DNA of 64,000 nt, from positions 3,066-67,065 of the forward strand of contig JADFXQ010000005.1 in assembly GCA_015233495.1 (NCBI GenBank). The letters run 5' to 3'. Source of the DNA: Candidatus Omnitrophota bacterium. Its GTDB lineage: Bacteria; Omnitrophota; Gorgyraeia; Zapsychrales; Zapsychraceae. Made by a program: the position numbers and the translations under genes. Positions within the stretch are counted from its first letter, which is position 1; every line of letters starts with the position of its first letter. The notes below the pieces were generated by a model that saw nothing but the letters and a program-made list of their open reading frames with translations, had not been told where the DNA came from and did no database searches. Below, piece by piece: positions 37,660 to 49,263 of the stretch.

Positions 37660-37991
37660 AATTTTTTGATGAACGCGTCAAGGTTTTTGACAACCTTGCC
37701 TTTTCCGGCCGCGGATTCCCGGAGCCCTTGCTGGAGTTTTGAAAAAACTTGCGGATTGTCATATACCCAGGCTTCGCGGGCCGGCACGGAAATCTCCGGA
37801 CGCAAAAGAATGTCCCCGTCTTTATTTTGATAAACCTGAAAGGATTTGATTGGCCGAGCGGTCTTTTCAAACCATACCGCTCCCAAAGTGATGCGCTTTT
37901 TCGAGTCCAACGACCGGCTTTCGAGCGCGACAAATTGATCGTTAATATGAAGTGTGCCGGAAGCGTGTTGTGCCATAGAGACCTCTCTCAT
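37656..37991 (-). CDS. putative antitoxin (AbrB/MazE-like swapped-hairpin or Phd-like), partner of the RelE/ParE toxin
   Basis: Small acidic protein in an operon with the toxin. The KKRITLGAV segment resembles an AbrB/SpoVT core. Confidence 0.45.
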   Translation of the reverse strand: MREVSMAQHASGTLHINDQFVALESRSLDSKKRITLGAVWFEKTARPIKSFQVYQNKDGDILLRPEISVPAREAWVYDNPQVFSKLQQGLRESAAGKGKVVKNLDAFIKKL

Positions 37992-38075
37992 TTTAAATTG
38001 GGCGGCTATCCTCTGATGCCTGATTTAATGATACCAAACGTGGGATGATTGTCAAGTGGGAATTCCCACAAATTT

Positions 38076-40173
38076 TTATCTTCGCAACCCGATGAGCGGC
38101 AAAGCGGCGGGAAATGAAATGATCCGTAAAATGGTTCCATCCAATCCGCGATAATTCCCAGAACGCAATTGCGCGCCAATCGCCGGATCGAATTTAAAAT
38201 TAATGGCTTGGCCTGTTGACTCGACGTCCAGGCCCATCTTGTTTCCGTCGAGTTTAATGCCGCCCGGAGTAGTTTTTACGGGCGAAGAATTTTGATTTGT
38301 GTCAATGCCGATGGCGTAAGTGATGCCATTAAAAGTCACGGAAAAATATTGTATGTCAGGGTTACCCAGACGCGCCATATTGTCTGTTTGAGTTATATTG
38401 GTTTCAATGCCTGTGGGCGTTATAACCATCACGGCATCAGGGCTGATTCCTTCTTTGAGACCATTATTATCTACAATGTTGGTCGCTTGTAACTGGCCAT
38501 ACAGCCAACCAGCAGTCAAAGGGATCGGTTTATTCGGTCTTTTGTGGGTGATAATGTCAACCATGTCGCTGATTTGTTTTAGCTTAGCTATGGAAATAAT
38601 TTCTTGCTGATCACTGCCGGCTTTGAAGGTGTGGACAAGCGCTTTGGCTTCAGACATTGTCGGCATTTCATCAACTTTTTTAGTGTAACGAAAATGGAAA
38701 CGCCCTTCCGCTAAAATTTCCCCAAGAACCCGCGCTTGGGCTTGCGGGGACAAGGAGCTTTTAAGTTGAGAGACCTTGCTTTCCCACCAAGTCCCCTGCA
38801 AACTGTTTAATGTATAAGTTTTATCCTCCGGCAGAGCATCCGAAACAATCCGAATTTCAATTTGACTGTTGTTTTGCGTGTAGAGAATATCGACATCCGG
38901 CCACATAGCATCATCAAGAGCTTTGATACCAACGCCTCTTACCCGGGCAATCTGTGGTTCATATTCTTTCGTATCGAGTTCGCACTCTTGAAGCAAATCC
39001 GAATAAAGTCTGAGTGGTTTCTTCCGTGATCGGGTCGGTGTCTTCTTTGATATAATTGAACACGCCCTGTTGGAAGGTCTGCACATACTTTTGATAAATC
39101 TTATCTTTTTCCTTCGGGTCAGCCGTGGCAACGCCGCCGGTTTTGCCTTTATTGCTGTAGACTTGATTGATCAGCGCGTTTTTTAGAGACTTTTTGTACC
39201 AGGCGGCCAGAATCATGGCGTGGAACATTTGGCGTAATTGCGCGAAGTTTTTGCCTTGGTTCACTTCCTTTTCGATTTCGGGAATGATTATTTCCTTAAC
39301 AGCCGCAGCCGCCATGCTTTGAGCGGAGCGAAATGGCGGCGGAGCGCCGGACCCAGTCAGTTCGGCCTGCGCTGCGAGCGCGTGGGCTGATTCATCCCGA
39401 TGACGGGCGTACCTCGTGTGCGCCCGCCGAGATATGCCAGAACTCTTTTCCAATGCCGTATAATCTTCTTCCATCATAACTTTCAACCGCCAACCTGTCA
39501 CAAATGCTGAATTATGAATTTGCATAACTTTTGCGCGGTCGGCGACGATCCAGACTTTATTAAAAGTGTCTATCGGGATATCAACGTTCCCGTATTGTTT
39601 TTGCACTTTGGCGTACACCTTGTCCCAAAATTTTTTCCCCAGTTCGTTTTCCGGATACATCAAGGAGGCAGTCAATTGTTTGAGGATATAATCCTGGGCA
39701 AGCATATCCCGGCCCATCTCCGTTTGACCCAGATCCGTCGGGATCATGCGGTCTTTTTCATAGGGAGATAAATTGACCCAAAGGTCGTCTTCCTTGATTG
39801 TCAGGGTGGCTAAAAAATATTTGATGAGTTTTTGCGATTCGGCTTTGAACGCGGGGCTGTTGATTTTGTATCCGGACATTCCCGAATCAATGATAAAATC
39901 AAACAAGAGCGGGTTTTCGGGGTGAACGATCAGCCCTTTCATCATGACCGGCACAAAGGCGGATGTCGAAGTGATCAGCTCACCCGGAGCAGGTAAAAAT
40001 GAGGTTTGGGCCAGAACGTTTTGGACCGGTCCTTCGCTATAGACGCAAAGCATGACCAGAACCATTGCAACACATTGATAGAATACGTTTTTTTTAAATC
40101 GCAGCATAAAAACCCCAGTAAACAAATAATTATTTTTACTCTTTTCAATAATTTTATAAAGTAAAGATAACAT
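38076..40173 (-). CDS. large secreted protein of unknown function; apparent frameshift, present as two overlapping ORFs (38959..40173 N-terminal part with signal peptide, 38076..39131 C-terminal part)
   Basis: N-terminal signal peptide (VAMVLVMLCVYSEGPVQNVLA). The two ORFs overlap by 172 bp in different frames, and both translations look protein-like across the junction near 39010-39050. Confidence 0.45.
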
Positions 40174-40323
40174 ATAACTCCGGCTTTGGCAAACTGGGCA
40201 ACTGGGGGCCGGTAATTTTGACAGGATTCAAATTGTTCAAATTGTTGCCGATTTATTCCTTGCAATCAGACGAGAACTGGATATGATAAAAGAAATGTGC
40301 TTTTAATCAAAATAGGAGATTTC

Positions 40324-42165
40324 ATGCCGCAAGGCCATACTTTTCATATCCCTGTTATGGGGACTGGTTTTACGATTGACACGCCGGTAAAGGTGGCGAA
40401 ATACGGGATTCACTCCGTCATTTCGTTGGTGGATGACACGCTGATTGAGCAGATGCGCCAATATTATTGCGGAGTGATCGGCGAGGCTTATACTCCGATT
40501 ACCAAGCATGATGAAGATTACCGGGCGCGGCGGATCACGGCTTATCTCAATTTGCTGGACCGTATCGTAAAAATGGAGTTTGCGAAAGTCCGGTCTGCGG
40601 CGTTTGAACCGAACAGCGAGATCACCAAATATTTTGAAATGCTTCCCTCCCGGTCGCGGCTGAAGCAGGAATATAAAAAAATGTTGTCCGTGACTGACCC
40701 GGCGGCGAAACGAAAAATGCAGGAAAATCTGCGCGGTCAGATGAAATGCGGACGCATTGACGTCAACATCATGACCAAATTAGACCGAATAAATTTTACT
40801 CCGGATAAAAAAGAACTGCCTCCCGAATTTACCGACGCTTTAGCCGCGTTTCGGGGCTATGCGCAGAGTACGCTGGAATCCGCGATTGTGTTTTCCGCGG
40901 GATTTAACCGCCACCTCTATTCCTATATCGAGAAATTTGAAGATTTTTACGCTAACGCCAGCGGGTTTATAAAAAAGAAGATCATTTTAAAAGTCAGTGA
41001 TTTTCGTTCGTCCATTACCCAGGGAAAATTTTTAGCGAAAAAAGGGTTGTGGGTTTCGGAATACCGCGTCGAATCGGGTCTTAATTGCGGCGGGCATGCC
41101 TTTTCTTCCGCCGGGGTGCTCATGGGTCCGATCTTGGAAGAGTTTAAGAATAAACGCAAAGAATTGGTCGCCTCCTTGCATGAACTCTACAACAAAGCGT
41201 TGGCGCTCAGTAACCGCAAAACTTTTGACCAGCCGCATCCTTTGACGTTTACGGCCCAGGGCGGGGTTGGAACCACCCGGGAACATGAAATGTTGTTGAA
41301 TACTTATGACGTCGACAGTGTTGGCTGGGGCACGCCGTTTTTGCTTGTTCCGGAAGCGGTCAATGTGGATGAAGAGACTTTGCGGCGTTTGGCTGCGGCT
41401 GGCGAGGAAGATTTATTCTTGAGCGGCAGTTCGCCTTTAGGCATCCCGTTTAATAATCTGCGCAACGCTACGTCGGAAGAAGAAAAACGGCGCCGCATCG
41501 CGGCCGGGTGTCCGGGGTCGTCTTGCGTAAAAGGTCATTTGGCGATCAACACAGAATTCGCCGGTATGCCCATTTGCACGGCTTCGCGGGAATATCAACG
41601 GCAAAAAACGAATAACATTGACGCGACTGTCCCGGATGAATCGAAACGCAAAATATTAAAAGATTTGGTCATGGAAAAAGCCTGCATCTGCCATGAATTG
41701 GGCAATGGCGTATTGTTAAAATTAGGGATTGTTAAAGATCCGTCCAAAGCGCCGGTCGCGGTTTGCCCGGGTCCGAATTTGGCGTATTTTTCCAAGATCG
41801 TGACATTGGCGGAAATGATTGATCATATTTACGGACGGATCAATCTGTTGAATGAAAAAATCCGGCCGCATATGTACATGAAAGAATTGCAGATGAACCT
41901 CGACGCGTTTTTTGCGGAAGTAAAACTGAATTGTGTGTTGTCCGACGCGAACCGGGTAAAATATTTGCAGGAATTCCGCGACAATCTTCAGCAAGGCATT
42001 GCCTATTATCAGCATTTTTTTGCCCAATTGGCCCACGATGCCGAATCCGTGCGCGACCAAGCGCTGGAAGAATTGCGCAATTTTGAAGCGCGGTTGGACG
42101 CGTTTATCGCGGAACACGCGGAGCTATTTCCGCCGGTGGCTTCGGTGGCGAATTGCGCTGTATAG
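40324..42165 (+). CDS. large flavoprotein of the nitronate monooxygenase/FabK/PfaD-like (NPD) TIM-barrel fold with a Cys-rich C-terminal extension; function unknown
   Basis: N-terminal IPVMGTGFTIDTPVKVAKYGIHSVISL is comparable to the NMO [28 protein letters not shown] pattern. AQGGVGT...VGWGTPFLLVPEA is comparable to the NMO AAGGI..G...GA.GVQMGTRFL..EE pattern. The C-terminus carries a C-x5-C...C-x1-C...C cluster. Start placed at ATG 40324, with an AGGAG ribosome-binding site 6 nt upstream. Confidence 0.5.
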   Translation: MPQGHTFHIPVMGTGFTIDTPVKVAKYGIHSVISLVDDTLIEQMRQYYCGVIGEAYTPITKHDEDYRARRITAYLNLLDRIVKMEFAKVRSAAFEPNSEITKYFEMLPSRSRLKQEYKKMLSVTDPAAKRKMQENLRGQMKCGRIDVNIMTKLDRINFTPDKKELPPEFTDALAAFRGYAQSTLESAIVFSAGFNRHLYSYIEKFEDFYANASGFIKKKIILKVSDFRSSITQGKFLAKKGLWVSEYRVESGLNCGGHAFSSAGVLMGPILEEFKNKRKELVASLHELYNKALALSNRKTFDQPHPLTFTAQGGVGTTREHEMLLNTYDVDSVGWGTPFLLVPEAVNVDEETLRRLAAAGEEDLFLSGSSPLGIPFNNLRNATSEEEKRRRIAAGCPGSSCVKGHLAINTEFAGMPICTASREYQRQKTNNIDATVPDESKRKILKDLVMEKACICHELGNGVLLKLGIVKDPSKAPVAVCPGPNLAYFSKIVTLAEMIDHIYGRINLLNEKIRPHMYMKELQMNLDAFFAEVKLNCVLSDANRVKYLQEFRDNLQQGIAYYQHFFAQLAHDAESVRDQALEELRNFEARLDAFIAEHAELFPPVASVANCAV

Positions 42166-42210
42166 AATTTCTCTCTTTACCCATCCCCAAGGGAGCGTTC
42201 CTCCTCATAC

Positions 42211-43882
<1,672 letters not shown>

Positions 43883-43958
43883 GGAGAGATAAGAGATGAT
43901 TTTTTCGCGCTATCCGACTCTCCCGCTGCCTTTAAGGAGTTCAAAGGAATATATTTAA

Positions 43959-44582
43959 ATGGAGAATACAATGAAAAATTTCGTTGTTCCCGCAGAAGTA
44001 TTTTTTGAACAAATCCCGATCGGGCCGATGGCGAATTTCGCTTATTTGATCGGCGACCGGCACTCCGGTGAAGTCGCTCTGGTGGACCCGGGATGGGAAA
44101 TTCCCCGTTTGCTCGATATGATTAAACAGAAAAAATGTTTCTTGACGGCGGTTTTATTAACCCACGGGCATTATGACCATATAGACGGCTTAGCTGAGTT
44201 ATTGGATGATCAGGATGTTCCGGTTTATATTTCGCGGGCAGACGCGGATTTTTTTAAGGTGCAAGCTGGGCATTTGGTCAAGACGGTAGATGGCGATAAC
44301 ATCAAAATCGGCGGGATTGAGTTGGAATGCATCGCTGCGCCGGGACATACGCCGGGATGTCAATTGTACCGTTATAAAAATATTTTATTGACCGGCGATG
44401 TTCTTTTTTTCGACGCGTGCGGACGCTGCGACTTGCCCGGCAGTGATCCGGCGGCTATGGAAACAACTCTGCGCAAAATCAAACAGTTTCCGGATGACAC
44501 CCTGATCTTTTCGGGTCATGGTTATGGTCGCAAGTCCTGGGATACGTTGGCCAATCAGAAAAAGACAAATCCATTTTTGTGA
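43959..44582 (+). CDS. MBL-fold metallo-hydrolase (glyoxalase II-like)
   Basis: LLTHGHYDHIDG (HxHxDH). The start may be the ATG at 43971, which has a GGAG 6 nt upstream. Confidence 0.8.
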   Translation: MENTMKNFVVPAEVFFEQIPIGPMANFAYLIGDRHSGEVALVDPGWEIPRLLDMIKQKKCFLTAVLLTHGHYDHIDGLAELLDDQDVPVYISRADADFFKVQAGHLVKTVDGDNIKIGGIELECIAAPGHTPGCQLYRYKNILLTGDVLFFDACGRCDLPGSDPAAMETTLRKIKQFPDDTLIFSGHGYGRKSWDTLANQKKTNPFL

Positions 44583-44588
44583 TCCGAG

Positions 44589-46268
44589 TTAAGGTTTTAG
44601 TTTGTCTTGCGCCAGCGACAAATAGCGGGAAGTTTCCGTCTGCTCGGGGTTTAAAGCATGGGATTGTTTAAGCAGAGCTGCGGCTCGGGGAAAATCGTTT
44701 TGAAAATAATAAGCGATCCCGGCTAAACGATAGGTATCCGCGTATCGCGGATTTTGCTTTAAGGATTGTTCTAAAATGGCAATACCGCGTTGAGTCTCTC
44801 CGGTTTCCAAATAAATGACGCCCAATTCATTGAGGCTATCGACATTCAGCGGATTAATTTGTGCGGCTAAAGTGAGCGCGGCTATGGCTTGGCTGATTTT
44901 TCCTTGTTGATGATAAATATTTCCCAAGCGTTTTTCCCACAAACTCCTTTCATATTTCGTTTCGGCCGCGGCGATTAAGCGCTGCACGGCGTTCGCGTCG
45001 GTCTGAAATCGCAGGGCGATTTGTTGTTTCGAAGCGGTCCCTTCTTGATTTTCCAACGCGGAAACGTGCCGCAGAAGAGTTTCTTCGTTTTGCCAAAAAT
45101 AGCCGCGTACCGCAACGCTTAAACAAAAGGATAAAAGCATGCCGTAAATAAAAACCCGGCGTGCCAGCGAGCTGTTTAGCTGCTGGATGGTCGCGGCGAG
45201 CAGGAGCGCGAATCCCAGAGAGGGCAAATATAAAAAATGTTCCGATAGGACCGGGCCGATATGTTCCGCGATTTTACGCGCCGCGATAAAGGAAAATCCG
45301 CCGCTGGCTAACCAAAGGAGCGCGAAACCTTGCTGACCCCGCAGAAGAAAATTTTTTTGAAAAAGAAAACCCCAAATGATCAGGGCGCTGATCAACCCGG
45401 CTAACCCGAGGGGCGATAAATCGAGATGCGGGTAAATCATCCGGGGCAGCGCATTCCAAAAATAGAAACATCCCGGCGCGATATTGCTTAAAAGAGAATT
45501 AGTTTGGCCGATCATCGGAAAAATCAAACTGCGGGTGAGGCACAATAAAATAGGAAATATGCTGAATAACAGAGATAAGGCGCAGGCTTTTTTAAAATCG
45601 CGGGCGCGGTATAGGGCGATCAAAAACAGGTAAAAAAGATTGATGACCGCGGCCTCGCGCGTCAATAACGCAGCGCCGAACGCGGCCAGGCTCAACAACA
45701 GATCCCGGAGTTTTTGCTTATCGATGTAGAAAATATAAAAAATAAAAGATACCAAACTCAGACCGGTTTGCAGTAAGTCGCAGCGGCCGGTGATATACCG
45801 CACCGACCATTCTTGGCCGGGTAAAACGCAGAATAACAATGCGGTTAACCCCGCCAGGGGAAGATCTTGAAATAAAAGATATAAAAATACCAGCGCCAGC
45901 AGACAATTTAGGATATGAAAAATAATATTGCTGCGATAAAATCCTATCGGATTCAAGCCTCCCAGATGATAATCAACGGCAAAAGATAAAGTGACCAAAG
46001 GCCGGTAATAGTTCAGATGAGATTCATTGGTCAGGGACGCGGATTGAAAAAATCCGGAAGTAAAAATTTTGGGAAACCAAGCGGGGTTTTTTATCCAGCT
46101 GTTTTGTTCGATCACAACATGGTCGTCTAAAACAAAGCCTAAGTTTTTTTGCGGCGCATAAAGAATAACCGTGAGCAAAATCAGCAACGGAAAACAAACA
46201 AACTGGAAACCTTCCGGCGGATGCGCCATCAATTTGAGGAATTTGCCGATTTGTTGAGTTGGGACCAC
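44589..46268 (-). CDS. polytopic membrane protein with C-terminal TPR repeats (PMT/TMTC-like GT-C glycosyltransferase family)
   Basis: About 11 TM segments, a YYRPL...DYHLGGLNPIGFYRSNIIFH loop motif, and C-terminal TPR units (AIAALTLAAQINP, YADTYRLAGIAYYFQNDFPRAA). Confidence 0.6.
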   Translation of the reverse strand: MVPTQQIGKFLKLMAHPPEGFQFVCFPLLILLTVILYAPQKNLGFVLDDHVVIEQNSWIKNPAWFPKIFTSGFFQSASLTNESHLNYYRPLVTLSFAVDYHLGGLNPIGFYRSNIIFHILNCLLALVFLYLLFQDLPLAGLTALLFCVLPGQEWSVRYITGRCDLLQTGLSLVSFIFYIFYIDKQKLRDLLLSLAAFGAALLTREAAVINLFYLFLIALYRARDFKKACALSLLFSIFPILLCLTRSLIFPMIGQTNSLLSNIAPGCFYFWNALPRMIYPHLDLSPLGLAGLISALIIWGFLFQKNFLLRGQQGFALLWLASGGFSFIAARKIAEHIGPVLSEHFLYLPSLGFALLLAATIQQLNSSLARRVFIYGMLLSFCLSVAVRGYFWQNEETLLRHVSALENQEGTASKQQIALRFQTDANAVQRLIAAAETKYERSLWEKRLGNIYHQQGKISQAIAALTLAAQINPLNVDSLNELGVIYLETGETQRGIAILEQSLKQNPRYADTYRLAGIAYYFQNDFPRAAALLKQSHALNPEQTETSRYLSLAQDKLKP

Positions 46269-47128
46269 GCGCCGATTCCTTTGGATGAGATTTGATATAC
46301 GATGCTTGAGTAAACTGAAAAGGGAAGAATTTTTCTTAAGAGGATCAATGTTCGGTTCTGCCAGTCGGGAATGTGACGCAATCCGGAGTTGGGATGATTG
46401 ATGATTTTTTCGATGAGTTTGGCGATTTCAACCGGGTCGCGGTGGTTTGGTTTCAGGTGTTTGTGCATAAAAATTTTTAAATCTTGCGAGACCTGATAAT
46501 AAGGGCTGAACGGATTATTGAAATGGGTAGCATAATGGGCATTTTCGTAAAAGATTTTTGTCTTGTAGGACCCGGGTTCTATTAATGCGACGCGGATCCC
46601 GAATGGTTTGAGCTCATAATAGAGGCTTTCGCTGTATCCTTCCAATGCCCATTTGCTGGCGTTATAAGCGCCTAAAGCCGGATAAGCGGTAAGACCGGAG
46701 ATACTGGAAATATTGATAATAGTCGCGGCGCGCCGGGCGCGGAGCAATGGCAGCATGGCTCGGGTGACATTTTGCGCGCCAAAAAAATTTACTTCCATTT
46801 GGTCTCGGATATCTTTTTCGGTCAAATCGACAAAAAATCCCGCGATTGCGAAACCGGCGTTATTGATCAGAACATCGAGTCCACCGTATGCTTGATCAAG
46901 CTGTTGCTGGCAGTCAGCAATCGATTTGTGGTCAGTGACATCTAAGGGCAGAATTTTTAAAGGCTGGCTGACTTTATGTTGTCGCAGTTTAGCGAACAGG
47001 GCGTCTTGTTTATTCAAGTCGCGCATGGTCGCGATAACCTGATGGCCTTGGGAAGTCAAATAGACCGCGGCGCTGAGGCCAAATCCGCTGGAAGTCCCGG
47101 TGATCAAAATTGTTTTGGCGGCTGACAT
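46229..47128 (-). CDS. SDR family oxidoreductase
   Basis: ILITGTSSGFGLSAA cofactor motif, NNAG, and a YxxxK catalytic dyad. Confidence 0.75.
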   Translation of the reverse strand: MSAAKTILITGTSSGFGLSAAVYLTSQGHQVIATMRDLNKQDALFAKLRQHKVSQPLKILPLDVTDHKSIADCQQQLDQAYGGLDVLINNAGFAIAGFFVDLTEKDIRDQMEVNFFGAQNVTRAMLPLLRARRAATIINISSISGLTAYPALGAYNASKWALEGYSESLYYELKPFGIRVALIEPGSYKTKIFYENAHYATHFNNPFSPYYQVSQDLKIFMHKHLKPNHRDPVEIAKLIEKIINHPNSGLRHIPDWQNRTLILLRKILPFSVYSSIVYQISSKGIGAWSQLNKSANSSN

Positions 47129-47156
47129 AAACGATTTGGAAAAATATTCCGCGGCG

Positions 47157-48239
47157 TTAAACGGACGCGGGAGATTCTCGGATAATTTTTTGGATCAGCA
47201 AACGATCGAGGATAGTGACCGCGATCATCGCCTCGACTACGACTACGGCGCGCGGGCAAATGCAAGGGTCGTGGCGGCCGTGGATCTCCACGCTGGTATC
47301 TTTGCCGTCAACCGTGACGGACTGCTGCGGCTGGCTGATGGACGCGGTCGGTTTGAATGCGACGCGCAAAATAATGTCCGCGCCCGTGCTGATGCCGCCA
47401 AGAATGCCGCCGGCGTGATTGGTCATGGTGCGCACTTTGTCCCCATCCATGTAAAATTTATCGTTTTGTTCTAAGCCATGGCGGGCGGCCGCGGCAAAGC
47501 CGTCGCCAAATTCCACGCCGCTGACTCCGCCGATCGACATGACCGCGTGGGCTAAACAGGCGTTGAGTTTGTCAAAAACCGGATCACCCAGCCCTGCCGG
47601 ACAACCATGCGCGACAGCTTGAATAATGCCGCCGAGCGAGTTTTGTTGATTGCGCGCGATTTCGATTTTTTGCGCCATCAACAGCGCCGCTTCCGGGTCA
47701 GGGCAGCGGACGGGATTTTTTTCAATCGTCGCCAGATCAATTTTTTTGGCAGTGATATCGCCGATGGCTAAGGTGTAGGCAATGATATTGATGTTGTGAT
47801 TGCGCAGAATTTTTTTGGCGATTGCGCCGGCAGCGACCCGGCAAGCGGTTTCCCTTCCGGAGGAGCGTCCCCCGCCGCGATAGTCTCGGATGCCGAATTT
47901 TGTTTGATAGCCGAAATCCGCGTGACCGGGACGGAAAATATTTTTTAGCGCTTCGTAATCGCGGGTTTGCTGATCCGTGTTATTGATGAGTATGGCCAGC
48001 GGAGTGCCAGTCGTGCGCCCCGCAAGGACGCCCGATAGAATATGCGCGGTGTCGGCTTCTTGCCGTTGGGTGGTGATAACGCTTTGACCGGGTCGGCGGC
48101 GGTTTAATTCGAATTGAATATCGGATTCGTTTAAAGGTAAATTGGGCGGCACACCGTCGATAACGACACCGATCGCCGGGCCGTGGCTTTCGCCAAAGGT
48201 CGTGATTTTAAAAATTTCACCGAACGAATTTCCCGCCAT
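47157..48239 (-). CDS. aroC: chorismate synthase
   Basis: GESHG motif near the N-terminus and a length of about 360 aa with AroC-wide conservation. Confidence 0.9.
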   Translation of the reverse strand: MAGNSFGEIFKITTFGESHGPAIGVVIDGVPPNLPLNESDIQFELNRRRPGQSVITTQRQEADTAHILSGVLAGRTTGTPLAILINNTDQQTRDYEALKNIFRPGHADFGYQTKFGIRDYRGGGRSSGRETACRVAAGAIAKKILRNHNINIIAYTLAIGDITAKKIDLATIEKNPVRCPDPEAALLMAQKIEIARNQQNSLGGIIQAVAHGCPAGLGDPVFDKLNACLAHAVMSIGGVSGVEFGDGFAAAARHGLEQNDKFYMDGDKVRTMTNHAGGILGGISTGADIILRVAFKPTASISQPQQSVTVDGKDTSVEIHGRHDPCICPRAVVVVEAMIAVTILDRLLIQKIIRESPASV

Positions 48240-48242
48240 GAT

Positions 48243-48857
48243 TTAACCGAGCCAGGGTTGTTGGGTTATTAATTTTTTTTCAAAAGCCTTAATCGCCTCA
48301 GCAAACTGCATTGTCCAGCCGATTTGGTCCAAACCTTTCAGCAAGCAATCCTTGATAAACGGATTTATCTCAAAGCGCAGTGTTTTTCCCGATTGTGCGC
48401 TGATTGTTTGGTTCGACAGATCAGCGGTCAAGAGACTGCCCGGTCGCTCCTGAATTTGGCAAATCAAATCATTGACATCCGTCTGGCTTAATCGTACCAA
48501 AAGAATCCCGGTCTTGGAACAGTTATTGTAAAAAATGTCGGCAAAACTGGGCGCGATAATCACGCGAAACCCATAATCGGCCAGGGCCCAGGGCGCGTGT
48601 TCCCGGCTCGAACCGCAGCCAAAATTTTCCTGGGCCAATAAAATCGTGGCGCCGCGAAAAGCGGGTTGATTTAAAACAAAGTCAGGGTTTTCCTGGGTGC
48701 CCGCGTAATCCGTATAACGGATTTCATGAAAGAGATGTTTGCCGAATCCCGCCCGTTCGGTTTTTTTTAAAAATTGTTTTGGGATGATCAAATCCGTATC
48801 GATATTTTTTCGGTCTAATGGCGCGGCAATGCCGGTATGAGTCGTGATGGGCAGCAT
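48243..48857 (-). CDS. leuD: 3-isopropylmalate dehydratase small subunit
   Basis: 204 aa with a LeuD-type N-terminus (TGIAAPLDRKNIDTDLIIPKQFLK). Confidence 0.85.
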   Translation of the reverse strand: MLPITTHTGIAAPLDRKNIDTDLIIPKQFLKKTERAGFGKHLFHEIRYTDYAGTQENPDFVLNQPAFRGATILLAQENFGCGSSREHAPWALADYGFRVIIAPSFADIFYNNCSKTGILLVRLSQTDVNDLICQIQERPGSLLTADLSNQTISAQSGKTLRFEINPFIKDCLLKGLDQIGWTMQFAEAIKAFEKKLITQQPWLG

Positions 48858-48868
48858 AACGGAGTTCC

Positions 48869-49243
48869 TTATCTTTTATGCGGTATGAGTTTTAATAACT
48901 GGTCTTCAATTTTTTTGTGATAATCGAGCTCGGCGCGCAGTTGCCGGGCGATGATCCGTTCAACATCGGCTTGCGTTTTAGCTTGATTGGTTAATTCTTC
49001 TTGGAGTTTTATATTTTTATCTGTTTCTTTTTTCAATTCTAACCAACGCCGAAAAGAAAATACCCCCAGCCCTATGGTTAAAGTTAAGAAACCCGTGATG
49101 ATCTCATCAATGAATCCGATGGAATTGGGGTGTTTTTTAAAAAAATCGACCAAAATGATGAAAGTATTATAATAATAAGAACAGATCAGCACGGTGATAA
49201 AAACCGCGCCGATAACCAGCAAATCTTTTTTAGCGTTTGTCAT
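48869..49243 (-). CDS. small membrane protein (two TM helices plus a coiled-coil tail), unknown; inserted between leuC and leuD
   Basis: Hydrophobic helices LLVIGAVFITVLICSYYY and ITGFLTLTIGLGVFSF followed by a charged helical tail. Confidence 0.4.
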   Translation of the reverse strand: MTNAKKDLLVIGAVFITVLICSYYYNTFIILVDFFKKHPNSIGFIDEIITGFLTLTIGLGVFSFRRWLELKKETDKNIKLQEELTNQAKTQADVERIIARQLRAELDYHKKIEDQLLKLIPHKR

Positions 49244-49263
49244 GGTTATTGCACCGATAGGAA

